A stretch of DNA of 64,000 nucleotides, from positions 248,001-312,000 of the forward strand of contig CM035356.1 in NCBI GenBank assembly GCA_020137815.1, given 5' to 3'. Each line of letters opens with the position of its first letter. Position 1 is the stretch's first letter. Below the pieces are notes generated by a model. It ran no database searches. It was given only the letters and a program-made list of their open reading frames with translations, and was not told the origin of the DNA. Positions 30,703-44,200 of the stretch are shown in pieces. The position numbers were made by a program, and so were the translations under genes. This DNA is from Hormiphora californensis (Eukaryota; Animalia; Ctenophora).

Positions 30703-31117
30703 TAATTTCGATTTTTCCTGAAACGCGGCCAGTCTCCTAAACTATCCGGCCGCCATATGATAATTATTACGTTTAAATTTCCCTCCAAAACACTGGGCCG
30801 CACATATTTCTGCCCCACCCCCTTATAAATTTGTCACCACCAATTACATACCTGATACCAATGCTTCCGATCCCTACTTCCCAATAAAAACTCTACAATT
30901 CCTAACTGGCATTTTATCAGATCTAAGAATTGATCGTGTTGTTAACATGTCCTCTCTCTCGTTGCAGGTGCGACGCTATGTGATCTGGTCAGGTATTGGT
31001 GCACTACTTCATCTGGCAATCATAACTGCCTGGATCGCTGTTTACCAGAGTGAACGAGTGAGGTGGGGTGAGTTAGGAGATGATATATCACTTCATGTCC
31101 CATATGGATCACCCTGA
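30041..31117 (+). CDS. PSENEN: Gamma-secretase subunit PEN-2
   Basis: Exon 30041-30190 MDITRITREQKIEISRKYFLVGIPFLPWVWIINVCWFW...; exon 30968-31117 VRRYVIWSGIG...YQSERVRWGELGDDISLHVPYGSP*. Confidence 0.93.
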
Positions 31118-31551
31118 GAGGCTGCTCTCTCTAGACCGGGGAGAGGGACACTGGATTAACCTGGACACTCTGGTACAATAGGTGCTGTTTATGTTAGGGT
31201 TGGTGATGTTTATAGTAGTGTGGAGGGTTTGAACTGTACAGTAAGAGAACTCTGACTGGTTCCAAATCAGCGGTTCCGCGGTAATTTGAGATAATTGAGT
31301 GTTTATGATTTTGTACTGATGTTTGTTTTTGTCAGATTTTATTTCACTTTTAGTTCACTTTAGAACGCTCACTCTGTGAAGACCTGTCTTTGTAATTGGT
31401 CTTCAGTTTTCCTCTAATTAGTTGCCAATTAGGTCCCCATCTCTAATTGGGTGTGTCAATCAGGCAGTGTGTATGTGGGAAGTGTAACATTGGGAGATCG
31501 GTAGGAAGCATCACGTTGCATATATTTAGTGTCTGCTGGGGTCCCTCGACA

Positions 31552-31690
<139 letters not shown>

Positions 31691-31887
31691 CTCCCTCCCG
31701 TCACGTGGTATAACCTGATTAATGGGTCAGAGCGGGAGATGGTGAGGGAGGGAGAGAGAAAGACTGTGAGATTGCGTATGAACGGCTGCTAGTAGTGTGC
31801 GAGTCTTTATCTAAAGGACCGCTCTAGGGTAATCAACGAAGAGAGAGATAACCCATCTTCCCCTTACACAGTGTTTCGCTCTCTCTC

Positions 31888-31945
<58 letters not shown>

Positions 31946-31965
31946 CACTCCCTTTTCTCTTTAGG

Positions 31966-32592
31966 ATGGAACTTGAACATCGGATACGCACAGCCCTAAC
32001 ATCAGATACATGCTACCAATTCTCAGACCTTCTCTCTGAGGCCAAGGAGTCCCCTTCAGTACCTGACCGTGACCGATGGTTGGAGATTCTAAACTGTTTT
32101 GTGACCGGTCAATATCGCACTTTCACTCCCCCTCTTGACCGTTCTGCTAGAGAGAAACTTCAGGCACTTTCAATACTGAGACTGAGCAGTGAGAATACTG
32201 CCCTTGGGTACAGTGAGATTGAGAGAGTGTGTGGATGTGAGACGGATCGAGAGGTTGAGGCTCTCTTGATAAGATGTATTCAGGCGGGATTGTTGCAATG
32301 CAAGATAGACGAAATCAACCGGCGGGTCTTCCTACATCAGCTCTCTACCTCAGCTTATCATGTTCAAGATTGCGGGAAACTTCTGGAAGCTCTCCAAAGC
32401 TGGGCAAGCGAAAATTCCAGCGTCATGGAAGAGATAAGAGATCACGTATCAGAGGCGACGGGAAACCTTGCCACAGCAAAGACAGAGCGGGAGGAATTCA
32501 AACGAAATTTAGACAGTGCCAAAGCGAGCCTGAAAAAAGAGAAGCCTCAAAGGGAGGTTAGTTCGTCCAAGATTCGGAAGAGGCTTGCTTGA
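31966..32592 (+). CDS. COPS7: COP9 signalosome subunit 7-like PCI protein, intronless, divergent
   Basis: YQFSDLL...LEILNCFVTGQYR...PPLDRSAREKLQALSIL...REVEALLIRCIQAGLLQCKIDEINRRV...LQSW, C-terminal coiled coil. Confidence 0.78.
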   Translation: MELEHRIRTALTSDTCYQFSDLLSEAKESPSVPDRDRWLEILNCFVTGQYRTFTPPLDRSAREKLQALSILRLSSENTALGYSEIERVCGCETDREVEALLIRCIQAGLLQCKIDEINRRVFLHQLSTSAYHVQDCGKLLEALQSWASENSSVMEEIRDHVSEATGNLATAKTEREEFKRNLDSAKASLKKEKPQREVSSSKIRKRLA

Positions 32593-33019
32593 GAGGGGTG
32601 TTCTATAGCTGCAAAGGACAGTTTTTTGTTTCAATTTCTGTATGTTTGTGTGTCCCCCTGTAAATAGTTGGTCGCTCCCGCTCTCAGCCTTTGTGTTTCA
32701 CTTGCAGAGCGCGGCGCGCCAATGTCTACCAGACGGTGCGCGAGCATAGAAAGTAAACACAAGTCAGCAGTAGCGTGCACGTTTATCTATCTGTATGCAC
32801 GTGCCCCGTCTTCTAGCACACTTCAGGGGTGCCTGAAATGCACTAAATTGACATGAAAACAGCTCTGGTAGTCCTTGGGGAGAAACAATCAGATCTGCTC
32901 GAAAAGGTACGCGCAAAGATTTTCTGCGCACATCAATGAATTTATTGCGCGTTTTGATTTTATTTGAAGCGCGCGAGAAAAACTTGAAGTCGGATTTTTA
33001 TTTTTTGGGATTTTTTGTT

Positions 33020-33575
33020 GAAATAAGGAACCATAATAAAAAAAAATTTAAAGTTCAAGAGCCTCCAAGAGCGCACCCCATCCAAGAGAGACCAAAATCA
33101 AGAGCGCACCACAATCAAGAGAGACTAAAATCAAGAGCACACCACAATCAAGAGAGACCAAAATCAAGAGCACACCACAATCAAGAGAGACCGCTTTAGA
33201 AGGCTTGTTAGTGGTGGGTGCGTTGCTTCAATCGACTGATTGAAACGGCGTCCTCCTAGCACTAACAATGCATAGGCCCAAAAGCGGGATATAAATTATA
33301 ATTGTATTTGTATTTAAGAGCGCACCACAATCAAGAGAGCTCCCTATCCAGAAGATACCAGATGTGGTGCGCTCTTGAATTTGGCCTCTCTTGATTGTGG
33401 TGCGCTCTTGATTTGGTGTCTCTTGATTGTGGTGTGCTCTTGATTTTGGTCTCTCTTGATTGTGGTGTGCTCTTGATTTTGGTCTCTCTTGGATGGGGTG
33501 CGCTCTTGATTTTGGTCTCTCTTGGATGGGGTGCGCTCTTGGAGGCTCTTGAACTTTATTATGGTTCCTTATTGT
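33020..33575. mobile_element. Foldback-like element with inverted arms made of 30-bp tandem subrepeats
   Basis: Left AATAAGGAACCATAATAAA...AAGTTCAAGAGCCTCCAAGAGCGCACCCCATCCAAGAGAGACC(AAAATCAAGAGCRCACCACAATCAAGAGAGAC)n mirrored at ~33365-33573. Confidence 0.65.
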
Positions 33576-33627
33576 CACAAAAAAGTTGTCACGGGATTTG
33601 GGTGTTCCGAGGTTTTATACCAGGAGT

Positions 33628-33647
33628 TTGAAAAGCGCTGCCTTATC
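33628..33647 (+). promoter_or_regulatory. 20-nt motif TTGAAAAGCGCTGCCTTATC, copy 2
   Basis: Identical to 12212-12231; ~520 bp upstream of the SAC3-domain ATG. Confidence 0.4.
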
Positions 33648-33799
33648 TATCAGGTGCCAAAAAACAATACTGCATGTGGGTTTAAATAGTTTGGGGTGAC
33701 AATTTCAACAAATCCGACTTTAGGAGCGAGAATCTTCTTTCCGCTTTCGTGCCAGTTCACAGCGGACAACCCGCTTGCTGCTCCTGATGTCTGGTGTTA

Positions 33800-33933
33800 C
33801 AGTGGTGCTCCGTCATATTAGCCACTCGCACAACGTCGTTCCAGGCTTCCAAAACTGACAATGTTTGCTGTTTGGACGCTGGGAACGACGCATGGATGAT
33901 GGTGCTCGTGGCCAACATGACGGAGCACCACTG
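33800..33933. mobile_element. Palindromic MITE
   Basis: TTA|CAGTGGTGCTCCGTCAT...ATGACGGAGCACCACTG|TTA with internal inverted symmetry. Confidence 0.75.
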
Positions 33934-34167
33934 TTAAACAGTTGACGATTCTTGAGCTCCTAATTTGATTATGCAGATATTTCAAGGATTACCAAAGCTT
34001 CAATTATTGGACTATTGTTGCGCGTATTATGGGATTTTAATTTTTAACTTCTCCACTGACTAAATGAAAATGAATTATAAATTGACCGTTTACTTTGGTA
34101 AAATACTCTCTAAAGTATCTCTACTTATATGCCATGTGTCATCGGTATAATAGTTTCAATTTAGGTT

Positions 34168-35142
34168 ATGTCAGAAACTGAAACATTTCACGGATTCCTG
34201 GTTTATCATAGTTTCTGTAGCAACAAGGAGATCGAATTCCGGACCTCAAATCGTCTTCGGTCGCCATGGGAACAAAACACATTATTCGCCCAGTTTACTA
34301 GGACAGGGAAAGCATGCATTAGAAGTCCGGAATGGCTTCTCAAATCTACTACTGAGCTCCTAAAAGTATTTACTTTAAAGTTGTGTATTTGATATGCTAA
34401 GTTAGATAATCTAACCATCCCTCCCCTTCATCAGCTTCTACGCTGTGACGAGAACGAAGATGTATCTCCTGATCTGTTCAACTTTCTCGGTGATCGCCTG
34501 GCAAGTGTGAAACAAGAGTTCGTTATGGGGGAACTAAATGCTGTACATATCTCTATCCTGATTGCAATTGCAAAGTTTTTCCTTTTCGCAATAGCTCGTG
34601 TTCCAGACGAAAAACATAAAGCGTTCAGTGAAGCATATAGTACTGTCTGCCTGGCCTATAAGACTTGGCTCATTTCTCCTGGGTGCGATCTTACTAACAT
34701 TGACAATGAACTCTTGCTTTATTATTACTTGATGAACATTGATTCAGCTGTTGAATTTGATACACTACTGAAACAGCGAGGCCTCAGCTGTCCACATGTC
34801 CGAAGATTGTTAGACATTTATCGAGTTATTCAGAGTGGAAATTATCATAGATTCCGCGTTCTTTGGGATCATGATCTAAATCTGCTCGAAAAGGCAGCAC
34901 TTTCGGAGTCAGTTTTTGGTTTGAGTAAAAGGGCCCAAACAGTTATCAGTACTGCTTTCAAGTCAAAGAAACTCAGTTATCCCAGTTGGAAGTTTCAAAA
35001 GTATACATTTGTGACATCCGTTGGTGATTTGAATCTTAACAATGAACGGATTACTTTTAGCGACAAAATTGTAGCTGATAAAAGTCTGAGTCTTTGGGAT
35101 GACGTTTCTTTAATCGTGCCTTCATTCTTCGTCAAAGACTGA
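34168..35142 (+). CDS. SAC3/GANP-domain protein (SAC3D1-like), 2 exons
   Basis: Exon 34168-34365 (FCSNKEIEFR...IRSPEWLLKSTTELL) spliced in phase 0 to 34435-35142 (FNFLGDRLASVKQEF...GNYHRFRVL...ISTAFKSKKLSYP). Confidence 0.75.
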
Positions 35143-35285
35143 TAGTAATCCGTCAGTAGCTAGTTACTTAGAGATGTCGCCCGCTGAAAGATTTCTTAGT
35201 TCAAAGATTTATATATAATTTAAGTCTGCCAGACAGTGTCTGGTTATAAATTAACGTTCTATCGGACCATTTCTATTCACTGATT

Positions 35286-38200
35286 TCACATTGTACCACC
35301 TGTAATAACCTTGAAATGTTAAATCAGTCGCGACTAAGTATACTTACAATGCTCGCAGATCTTTAGCTTGCTTACTCCCTCGCTTCTATCAGTCGAAAGT
35401 GGGGTTAGTTTTGCATTCCTAAATAGATGGGGCAACGATCTTCCTTCCTTGTACACCAGCATCTGAGAGATATTCGAATATTTTTACAGTTTTTTAACTT
35501 GTAACGCTTCATTTTGACAGTTAAATCACACACACGTGTGTTACTTGAATGTTATGGAAACCATAATTTTTGTATTTCTTTGTTCTCCAATCTCCCTCAT
35601 ATCATCTCTGCTTCTCAGAATAAGTTCACACTTTTGAACAACCACTGGATGTGGAAGCTCTCACCTAACGCTATCCATTATCCTAATTGCTGTAACCCAT
35701 ATTCCTCCCCCAGCCCTGGAGGGTCGATACTCACATAATGCATAATCCACATATCGCTGTCTCCCGCGGTTAGCTCAACACACTCTAATTCTCCTACATC
35801 GGGGAGGTAGAAATCGAACATGTGGGTAGTTCCTCTCTCAAAATCATCCCTAGATGAAGAAATAATATTACGTACATCTAGAATTCACTATTTAGTAATT
35901 TATCGAATAATATTGGATATCTAGATACCTATTATACACCTAGTGCCGACAGTATGATCGTCCCAACCTGTGTTTGTCGTCCACAATACCGGTTCGGGCC
36001 GTTTTCGTAGATCCAATAAAATTTATTCGAAGATCGACATTGTCAGTTCCAGCGTATTTCTGATCAGCGGTAGTGATGTACGTTCTGTACCTGACTGAGG
36101 GAAGGGCTGTCAGAGCATTGGCCTGACAGGGGGAGGGGTATCTTAGTTATTAGGGGGGGACGACATGTTAATTGTTAATAAATCACCTCTTTTTTTCGAT
36201 TTTGTTAATTAACGTTAATTAACAAAATTAACAAAGTTAACAAATCAGCAAAGACTGTTCTTATTGGTTGATAATACGACTTTAAGGGTACGCTAACCAA
36301 ATTTTTTTTTCGAGTGCAGGGAAATCTCTCACCGCAGGGTTGTAGGCCATGCCAAGGAGACCTCAAATATGCAATTTTAGCCCTCAAGTCGAATTCATAT
36401 TTTTGCTACAGCCGTTTTAAAATCGTCTTGAAAATTTCCGAAAAGACGTTTTTGACACCCTAAAAATACATTTTCAGGGCTAGAAGCTTAAAATTATGGG
36501 GATTTGAAGGGGATAGGAAGGTTTATCGACACAAAAATTTTTATTAAAATCGGTGATGATTTTCGGTCGTGAGATTGATTTACTTTTTTCCCTCTTGAAG
36601 GCCCTATTTAGCAAAGTTCCGAAAGTTTGTGAAGGCTGTAAATTGGTGAAAAGTTGCGTCTAACGATTATCTAAGTGGCCACAAATTTTTGGCGTGTCCT
36701 TATTTGAGACAAGTTGTACAGAGCTTTTTTTGTGAAAGCCGTTTTTTTAGAAATAATGAAATAGCCTGTATCTCAAAAACGACTGATTTTAGAGACCTGA
36801 GACCAAGCTTAAACGATTCAGAAGGTCCGATTTTGGGGGGGTCTTCTGAGAGACATTTTTCTCCTACTTCAACGGTTTTCGCTGTAATTGCGAAAAACAA
36901 ATCCTTTGAAGAGGGCAAAAGAGGAGTTCCGACAGCCTGCTTCGTGCTGCTTTTCCACCTTCTTGCTAAATCCTTTTTCGCAATTACAGCAAAAACCGTT
37001 GAAGTAGGAGAAAAATGTCTCTCAGAAGACCCCCCCAAAATCGGACCTTCTGAATCGTTTAAGCTTGGTCTCAGGTCTCTAAAATCAGTCGTTTTTGAGA
37101 TACAGGCTATTTCATTATTTCTAAAAAAACGGCTTTCACAAAAAAAGCTCTGTACAACTTGTCTCAAATAAGGACACGCCAAAAATTTGTGGCCACTTAG
37201 ATAATCGTTAGACGCAACTTTTCACCAATTTACAGCCTTCACAAACTTTCGGAACTTTGCTAAATAGGGCCTTCAAGAGGGAAAAAAGTAAATCAATCTC
37301 ACGACCGAAAATCATCACCGATTTTAATAAAAATTTTTGTGTCGATAAACCTTCCTATCCCCTTCAAATCCCCATAATTTTAAGCTTCTAGCCCTGAAAA
37401 TGTATTTTTAGGGTGTCAAAAACGTCTTTTCGGAAATTTTCAAGACGATTTTAAAACGGCTGTAGCAAAAATATGAATTCGACTTGAGGGCTAAAATTGC
37501 ATATTTGAGGTCTCCTTGGCATGGCCTACAACCCTGCGGTGAGAGATTTCCCTGCACTCGAAAAAAAAATTTGGTTAGCGTACCCTTAACTGGTTTAATT
37601 TTATAGTTTAATGACTTTTCTAACACATATATACCCAAACAAGGCCTCTTCCGATAACCAAAGTCCGACATACATGTTTTTTGGCTCAAAATCGATAAAA
37701 ATCCAAAAGTTACAAATATTTCAATTTAGCGTATAAAATCTCACTTTAACGTGATTTTTTCATTGATAATCGATTCTTTGAACGAAAGAAGATGATGTAC
37801 AACGTTTCTGTCGGAAAAAGAAACAAAATATTTCCAAAATCAATTTTTGGTCAAAAATTGAAAATTTGCTTCGCTACAAATCCTTGTGTTTTTTTTAGAA
37901 AAATTGATTTTTGGGATATTTTTGTTTTATGGTAAATTCATGAGTCTTATTTAGTTTTTAGGGTTAAAAAAAGTGGATTAGGGTCAATTGACTTCAATTG
38001 CGGTTTAGTTTGGCTAGTTTTTATTAAAATTTACACAGAGGAACAAATCGCTGTAAAAAAGCCGTAGTAGAGGTAGTGGTGGTGTGTAAATCGTGCAGAA
38101 GGAACATCTTTGCTCGCATAACAAGTGTTAAATACCAAAAACACGTGCTAAAGGTGATTTAGATGGCATAAATGGCATTTGTTAACGTTTGTTAACTTTT

Positions 38201-38563
38201 TGTTAATTTTGTTAATAAATCACCTGTTTTCTCGATGTTAATATTAACAAAGTTAACAAAATTAACATGTCGCACCCCCCAGTTATTAGTAAAACGTGTT
38301 GATGTTTTCCTGAGTAAATTTGGTAACTGAAACTAATTATATGCAGGACGTCCCAGATAATCTGTTGTAGCCTAATAGTAATATGAAAATATATTTTATG
38401 CTGCAATCTCCCGAAATACTCTAGCAAGAAATTAAATGGTTGGGAGCAGCAGGATTGCATAATAATATTTCGCAACAAAAAAGGGCACTAAATATATTCT
38501 CCACCCATCCTTACCTGCCATACAGGTTGTAACCAACAGGGCGACCAATAGAATTCTCTGCAT
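35286..38563 (-). CDS. Small secreted single PLAT/LH2-domain protein, 5 coding exons
   Basis: 38563-38515 signal peptide MQRILLVALLVTTCMA; 36094-35968 RYRTYITTADQKYAGTDNVDLRINFIG; 35849-35735 DDFERGTTHMFDFYLPDVGELECVEL...DMW; 35462-35348; 35299-35286 CGTM*; phases consistent. Confidence 0.85.
36153..38280. mobile_element. Non-autonomous DNA transposon with 8-bp TSD (Merlin- or hAT-like), host of the nested element
   Basis: AGTTATTA|GGGGGGGACGACATGTTAATT...AATTAACATGTCGCACCCCCC|AGTTATTA; subterminal GTTAA/TTAAC arrays. Confidence 0.8.
36286..37585. mobile_element. Kolobok-like non-autonomous element with ~612-bp near-perfect TIRs
   Basis: TTAA|GGGTACGC...GCGTACCC|TTAA; arms 36286-36897 and 36974-37585, 76-bp spacer; purine termini plus TTAA TSD fit Kolobok rather than piggyBac (CCC). 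Confidence 0.82.
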
Positions 38564-38789
38564 CTTCTCTCGAATATGTGCAGTGTTTTACAAAGGAGAA
38601 ATAGGAAAATGAGACTGAGTCGGGGAGGGAGAAGGTTTTTAGTTGTGCGGCCTATGTTGTTAGTGAGCCTCTGTAATTGTTGGATAGTGATGGTTTTCAC
38701 ACCTTTCCGTATTGTGTCAACTCTGCGTACTTTTCACTTCTTGTCTCTTGTCCCGGATAGTAATATTTGTACTCCCTTCACTCCCCTGA

Positions 38790-38837
<48 letters not shown>

Positions 38838-39009
38838 TACCTGTCCACTACTCTATTCAGTGAGGTGCGAATATCACCTGGTGATCCACCAATACCCTCA
38901 CCACAGGGATGGATGGATAAATCATTAGACAGCGATGGCAAGAAATATAATGCCTGAATGAGGGATTCCCCAAGACCCAATCATATTACCCCGCAGATTA
39001 TCTTCATCC

Positions 39010-39118
39010 CACAATATCACACATTTCGATCACACAATATAAATATCACACATTTCGATCACACAATATAAATATCACACATCTCAATCACACAATATAA
39101 ATATCACACATCTCGATC
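39010..39118. repeat. 29-bp tandem repeat, ~4 copies
   Basis: (ATATCACACATYTCRATCACACAATATAA)n visible. Confidence 0.85.
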
Positions 39119-41206
39119 AGGGCGGAAATATTAGTTTGAGATATAGATGGGGGGGGGGGGTAGTAAGAAGGGAAAAGTGGAAATGTATAAGGAAGAAGAG
39201 ATCATGTGTAAACTCTTATACTGAGATTGTAGTTGGGAATTAGCCATTACCTTTATAAATTCGCCCTACCAGCTCCCTCCATTTATTTCTCGACTCTCTC
39301 GTTCCCTCGAAGTTTCCTCTCCCCCAGTACCTTTCCTTGCTTCCTAATTTTCATATGTATATGAGTTGTGTGCCCCGGGGGACCACACGCTCTCTCTCAT
39401 TCCCTTTCTTTCTTTCTTTCTCTCTATCTCTATATATCTTTCTCTCTCTATACATATTTCTATCGTTTCCCTCTTTCTTTTCCACCGATTTTGCATACGT
39501 ATTTTGTACATTATAAGCTGAAGAAGTATTTTTGCTTGGATTTAACTACAGTCGGTATTCTGGCCATATAACATATTATACCTGGGTGCTGGCCATGTGT
39601 CAGGCATGTGAGTAGACTACTACCAGGCACATTAAAGGTGTGAATCGGCCCGTGCCTCCGTAATCACCCCACCCCTGTAGTTGCTCGCTCTGTTCTAGTC
39701 AGTAGTTGCCCACTATATGAACTGCAATTATAGAGCTTGTTATAGAGCTGTATGTCTATTGAATGTACGTGTGATATTTTGTTGGACATGGGTTTACATA
39801 ATGTCACACTTAATGGCATGTTGTATAATACAAGCCCACAGAAAATGAGAGACATAGAGAGGGAGATGAATGAAGAGAAATATAAGAGGGGTGGGGTTAT
39901 TATTAGTTAGCCAAGCTGCATAAATGTGAGTTTTTCATTAAAAATGCCATTAATGAACTTTGTACATTTGCAGTTATTCTTTTCTTTTTAACTTTTAAGA
40001 GTTAGAAAGGTAATTCGAGAGTTGAGAAGTTTTATTTTGTCCTTCACAAGATGAATAGATGGGTCCATGCTTGTATGTAGTGGGACACTAATAGTTAGGT
40101 AAGTTATTGCAACATATACCCAGCTCCTAAAGTTTTCAGTTAAATTCGCGTAGTGCGTGCGTGGCCCCCTTTTACACAAGGGTACGTAAATGGGGAGAGA
40201 GCAAGAGGGTGAGGGAAAAAGAGAGAGAGAAACATAGGTAGAGAGGTTTTTTCATTTTAGATTATATTATTCCGCCCAATAATTTAATGGATTTTACTTT
40301 TAAAGTGCCCCCTGGCATCAGTTAGTTCAGCTCATTCACTATTCAGTAAATGAAACTACCGGGTTGATAAAGTTTAGCCCTTCCCCCGTCTGATTTAATT
40401 CGTACCCATAATTCTAGTCGATGACAGAGATGAATATTAAAATCTAGATACAGTATGTATCTTGTTATTTTCATCACAACACCCACGCATTTGAGTTTGA
40501 CCTCAACTCAGCTGGGATAACTTTGGTGTATGATGTATCTCTTGAATATTGATATAGTATTCCACAGGGCGGTATGTTACACTTTAACAAGTACTGAGGT
40601 CCCAGCGTATACGTGTCCCTTTTCAACATGGCCTCTATTAACTAGTTTTACTACTCTTTTTTGGCTGATGTTTTCAACTACCGTCTCCCATTCGTTCCCC
40701 CTCTACCGTTGGTAACAGGTGTACACTGTACAGTGGTACTGAGACACACTCTTACATGCGGTAGTTTCTTTTCTCTCTCTCACTCTCTCTCTCCACCGGT
40801 TAAGTTATTGATAAATTAACTCGCTAAACCTTTGCCCTCAGTTGTCCACGTTATTACTCGAATTAGCAATACATCCAAGTTTATTCCTTTTCAGCTCTCT
40901 ATTCAAGCTAGAGAATGAGTTGAGGAATTATTTGAAGATCAGCGAGCATACGACCGTTACAACGATTAAACCATGTTATCAATTCCGTCCTGATTAGACA
41001 AATCTGCTTATAATATAATGTATCGTTATTCTGATTGTTTGTGTTTTGTTACCGCGACCTGTAGCTGTACGATGATGTACATGTTTTTTTATATTTATAT
41101 GTTTTTTATATTATATATGTTTTTTATATTATATATGTTTTTTTATATATTGTTGTCAATTATTTAAACTGTAATGATCTAACACACATACTTCCCTCTC
41201 TAGTTC

Positions 41207-44200
41207 ATGATATGCCATCAACATGAGTTAATGTTCCTAACCTTCCTCCTCTCCTCCTCCTCCCTCCCACCCTAACCTCATCATCAGACTACCATCATAC
41301 ATGGGCCGTCCAACTCAACCCCTCGGCAGACCCTGACACCATCGCAACCTCTCTAAACCTAGAAAACCTCGGACAAATCGGCCAGCTTCCTCATCACTAC
41401 CTGTTCCGTTCTAGCGCACATCCCCGGAGATCTCGTCGCAGTACGGACACCGTCACCTCCACTCTCACCTCCCATCCGCACGTGCAATGGTCAGAGCAGC
41501 AACGTATCTTATCACGTGCTAAACGGGCCGTCCCGACTAGGACAAAACGAACAGTGAAATTCAATGACGATTACTTCCCCCGGCAGTGGTATCTTGTATG
41601 AAGATTACAATAATGTGACTGGTGCCTGGGAGCAGGGTGTGACAGGGATGGGTGTGGTTGTTACCATCCTAGATGATGGGATAGAATACACCCACCCAGA
41701 TCCTAGCTGCCTAACTATGACCCAGATGCCAGTACTGATCTGAATGACCATGACACTGATCCGGCACCCCGGTACGATATCACCAACGAGAACAAACACG
41801 GAACAAGGTGTGCTGGGGAGGTGGCGAGTGTGGCTGACAACCATGTGTGTGGGGTAGGGGCGGCCTACAGAAGTAATATTGGTGGCATTAGGATGCTTGA
41901 TGGGGATGTTACTGATGCAGTTGAGGCTGCTGCACTAGGACTCAGGCAACAATACATCGATATTTACAGGTATGTTGTTAGATCAATAGTTACCAATTCC
42001 CAAATTGAGCATCCTGAATTCCTGTCAACTCTAATTTCGGCAGAAAGTTGAAACTGGAAAAGCTACAAAAATTAAAATCATTATTTCTTCCATCTTTATG
42101 TAACTATGTATTTATAATACATGACCGATGACCCTTTCTCTTCCTAACTCCCTCAATTCCCCTCAGTGCGAGCTGGGGCCCAGATGACGACGGGAGAACA
42201 GTGGACGGTCCTGGAAAACTTACCCAAAAGTCATTTCTAACTGGGGTTGTGGACGGCCGAAACGGTCTGGGCAACATCTTTGTATGGGCCAGTGGAAACG
42301 GTGGTGTCAGCTACGACAACTGTGACTGTGACGGTTACACCAACTCAATCTGGACGCTATCTATCGGGTCTGCATCTGAAAATGGTGGAAAACCCTGGTA
42401 CGCTGAGGAATGTTCCTCAACCCTGGCCGTTACCTACTCCAGTGGAACATGAACATGAACGGAAGATCCTATCAACTGATCTCCACGCCAAATGCACAGA
42501 GAAACACACTGGTACAAGTGCTGCTGCTCCCCTTGCAGCCGGTATATTCGCCCTAGTCCTCCAGGCTAACCCCAAGCTGACTTGGAGAGATATGCAACAC
42601 CTTGGTAGTGAGGACTTCCAAGGAAAGGAACCTACAAAATGGGGAGTGGTCCACTAACGGTGCGGGTATAAGGTCTCCCACAAGTTTGGGTATGGGGTTA
42701 TCGATGCGGGTGGTTTGGTTGAGTTGGCCCAGCTGTGGAACACTATCCCGGACAAGGATGTCTGTCGGAGTGATGCCATGACACCCCACAAGAACATCAA
42801 AAGTGAGGAGGTGTTCAAGGTTAAATCTGATGGTTGTGGGGGGAAGGTGATGTACACGGAGCACGTGCAGTCCGAGCTAACTATCTCAGCACACCGGCGT
42901 GGTGACGTTGAAATCACCCTCGAATCACCCTCCGGGACACGTTCAACTCTTCTGACTGTCAGGAAATATGACAGTAATACACACGGTTTCAACGCATGGC
43001 CCTTCCTATCTGTACACTATTGGGGGGAGGACCCAGCGGGAGAATGGAAGCTAACCATCCGTAACCATGGCAACAGTGATGTGAAGTTGGAGTCATGGAG
43101 ACTGGTAATTCACGGGACGGAAACCCTTCCCGTCCTCCGGTCATCTCGTAGGGACATCACAGACGGGGACAAGTGTGATATCCAGTGTGACCAGGCGGCA
43201 GGGTGTAGCGGACCTGGGCCTGCTAATTGTACAGTGTGTTCACACTACAGAAGGCAGTCCTCGGGGGAGTGTGTAGAGGTATGTGGTGTAGGGGAGTACC
43301 TCGACAGAAAGGGAACCTCTTGTATCTATCACTGTGATGTGGGCGAGTTTGTGAATGGTAAGGGACAGTGCGAGAGCTGCGAGGCACCGTGTAGCGAGTG
43401 TAGTGTGGGAGGTAGCAACTGTACCGCGTGTACCCCGCCCCTCCTTCTCAACCCTCCCACCCAGACCTGCCTGACATCCTGTCCTGACCCCCTCATTCCT
43501 GAGGATGGGCAATGTAGAACCTGCCACTCGGGGTGCCTGACATGTACCGGTACCGCATATAACGCCTGTACCGCCTGCAAACAAGGGCTGTTTTCAACCT
43601 CAGAGGGTGGGTGTGTGCAGCAGTGTGTACACAAGGGCACCTACCCTGACCGAGACACAATGAAATGTGAGAAGTGTCAGGAGGGGTGCGGGTCATGTTA
43701 CGGTGGTGATCCGGACCAGTGCCTCTCGTGCTCCCCCGGCCTCCTACTAGCTGAATCCACCTGTCTGGCAGAGTGCCCAACGGGATCCTTCCAGTTCCAA
43801 TCTGAACAATGCCGGAGGTGCCATTACTCATGTTCAGCGTGCACTGGTGTCAGCTCACACAGCTGTACATCCTGTGTCAATGGACGATACCTCACCTCAG
43901 ACGGGCAGTGTGTTAGCTCCTGTATCGAGGGTCGCTATGGCAACCAAACGTCCGGTTCATGTGAGGTGTGTGATGGATCTTGTGCGACCTGCTACGGACC
44001 TACTGATACCCAGTGTATAGGGTGCCAGAGTGGTGAGGTCGTGATGGAGGGTGGTGTCTGTGTCCAGGCATGTCCTGAGGGCCACTTCAGCGAGGATGAT
44101 GATTGTGTGAAGTGTGGTACAGGGTGTTCCGGTTGTACCGACCCCAACACATGTCTAACCTGCTCCTCACCCCTCCTTCTACACGATGGGTCCTGTGTTA

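Noticed and set aside
31280-31300. TAATTTGAG resembling a recalled ctenophore spliced-leader 3' end
   Set aside because: Short match not followed by a GT donor; no SL RNA gene supportable in this window
36689-37182. Two mirror-image 160-aa ORFs
   Set aside because: Artefact of the transposon palindrome; TTG starts, no recognisable domain
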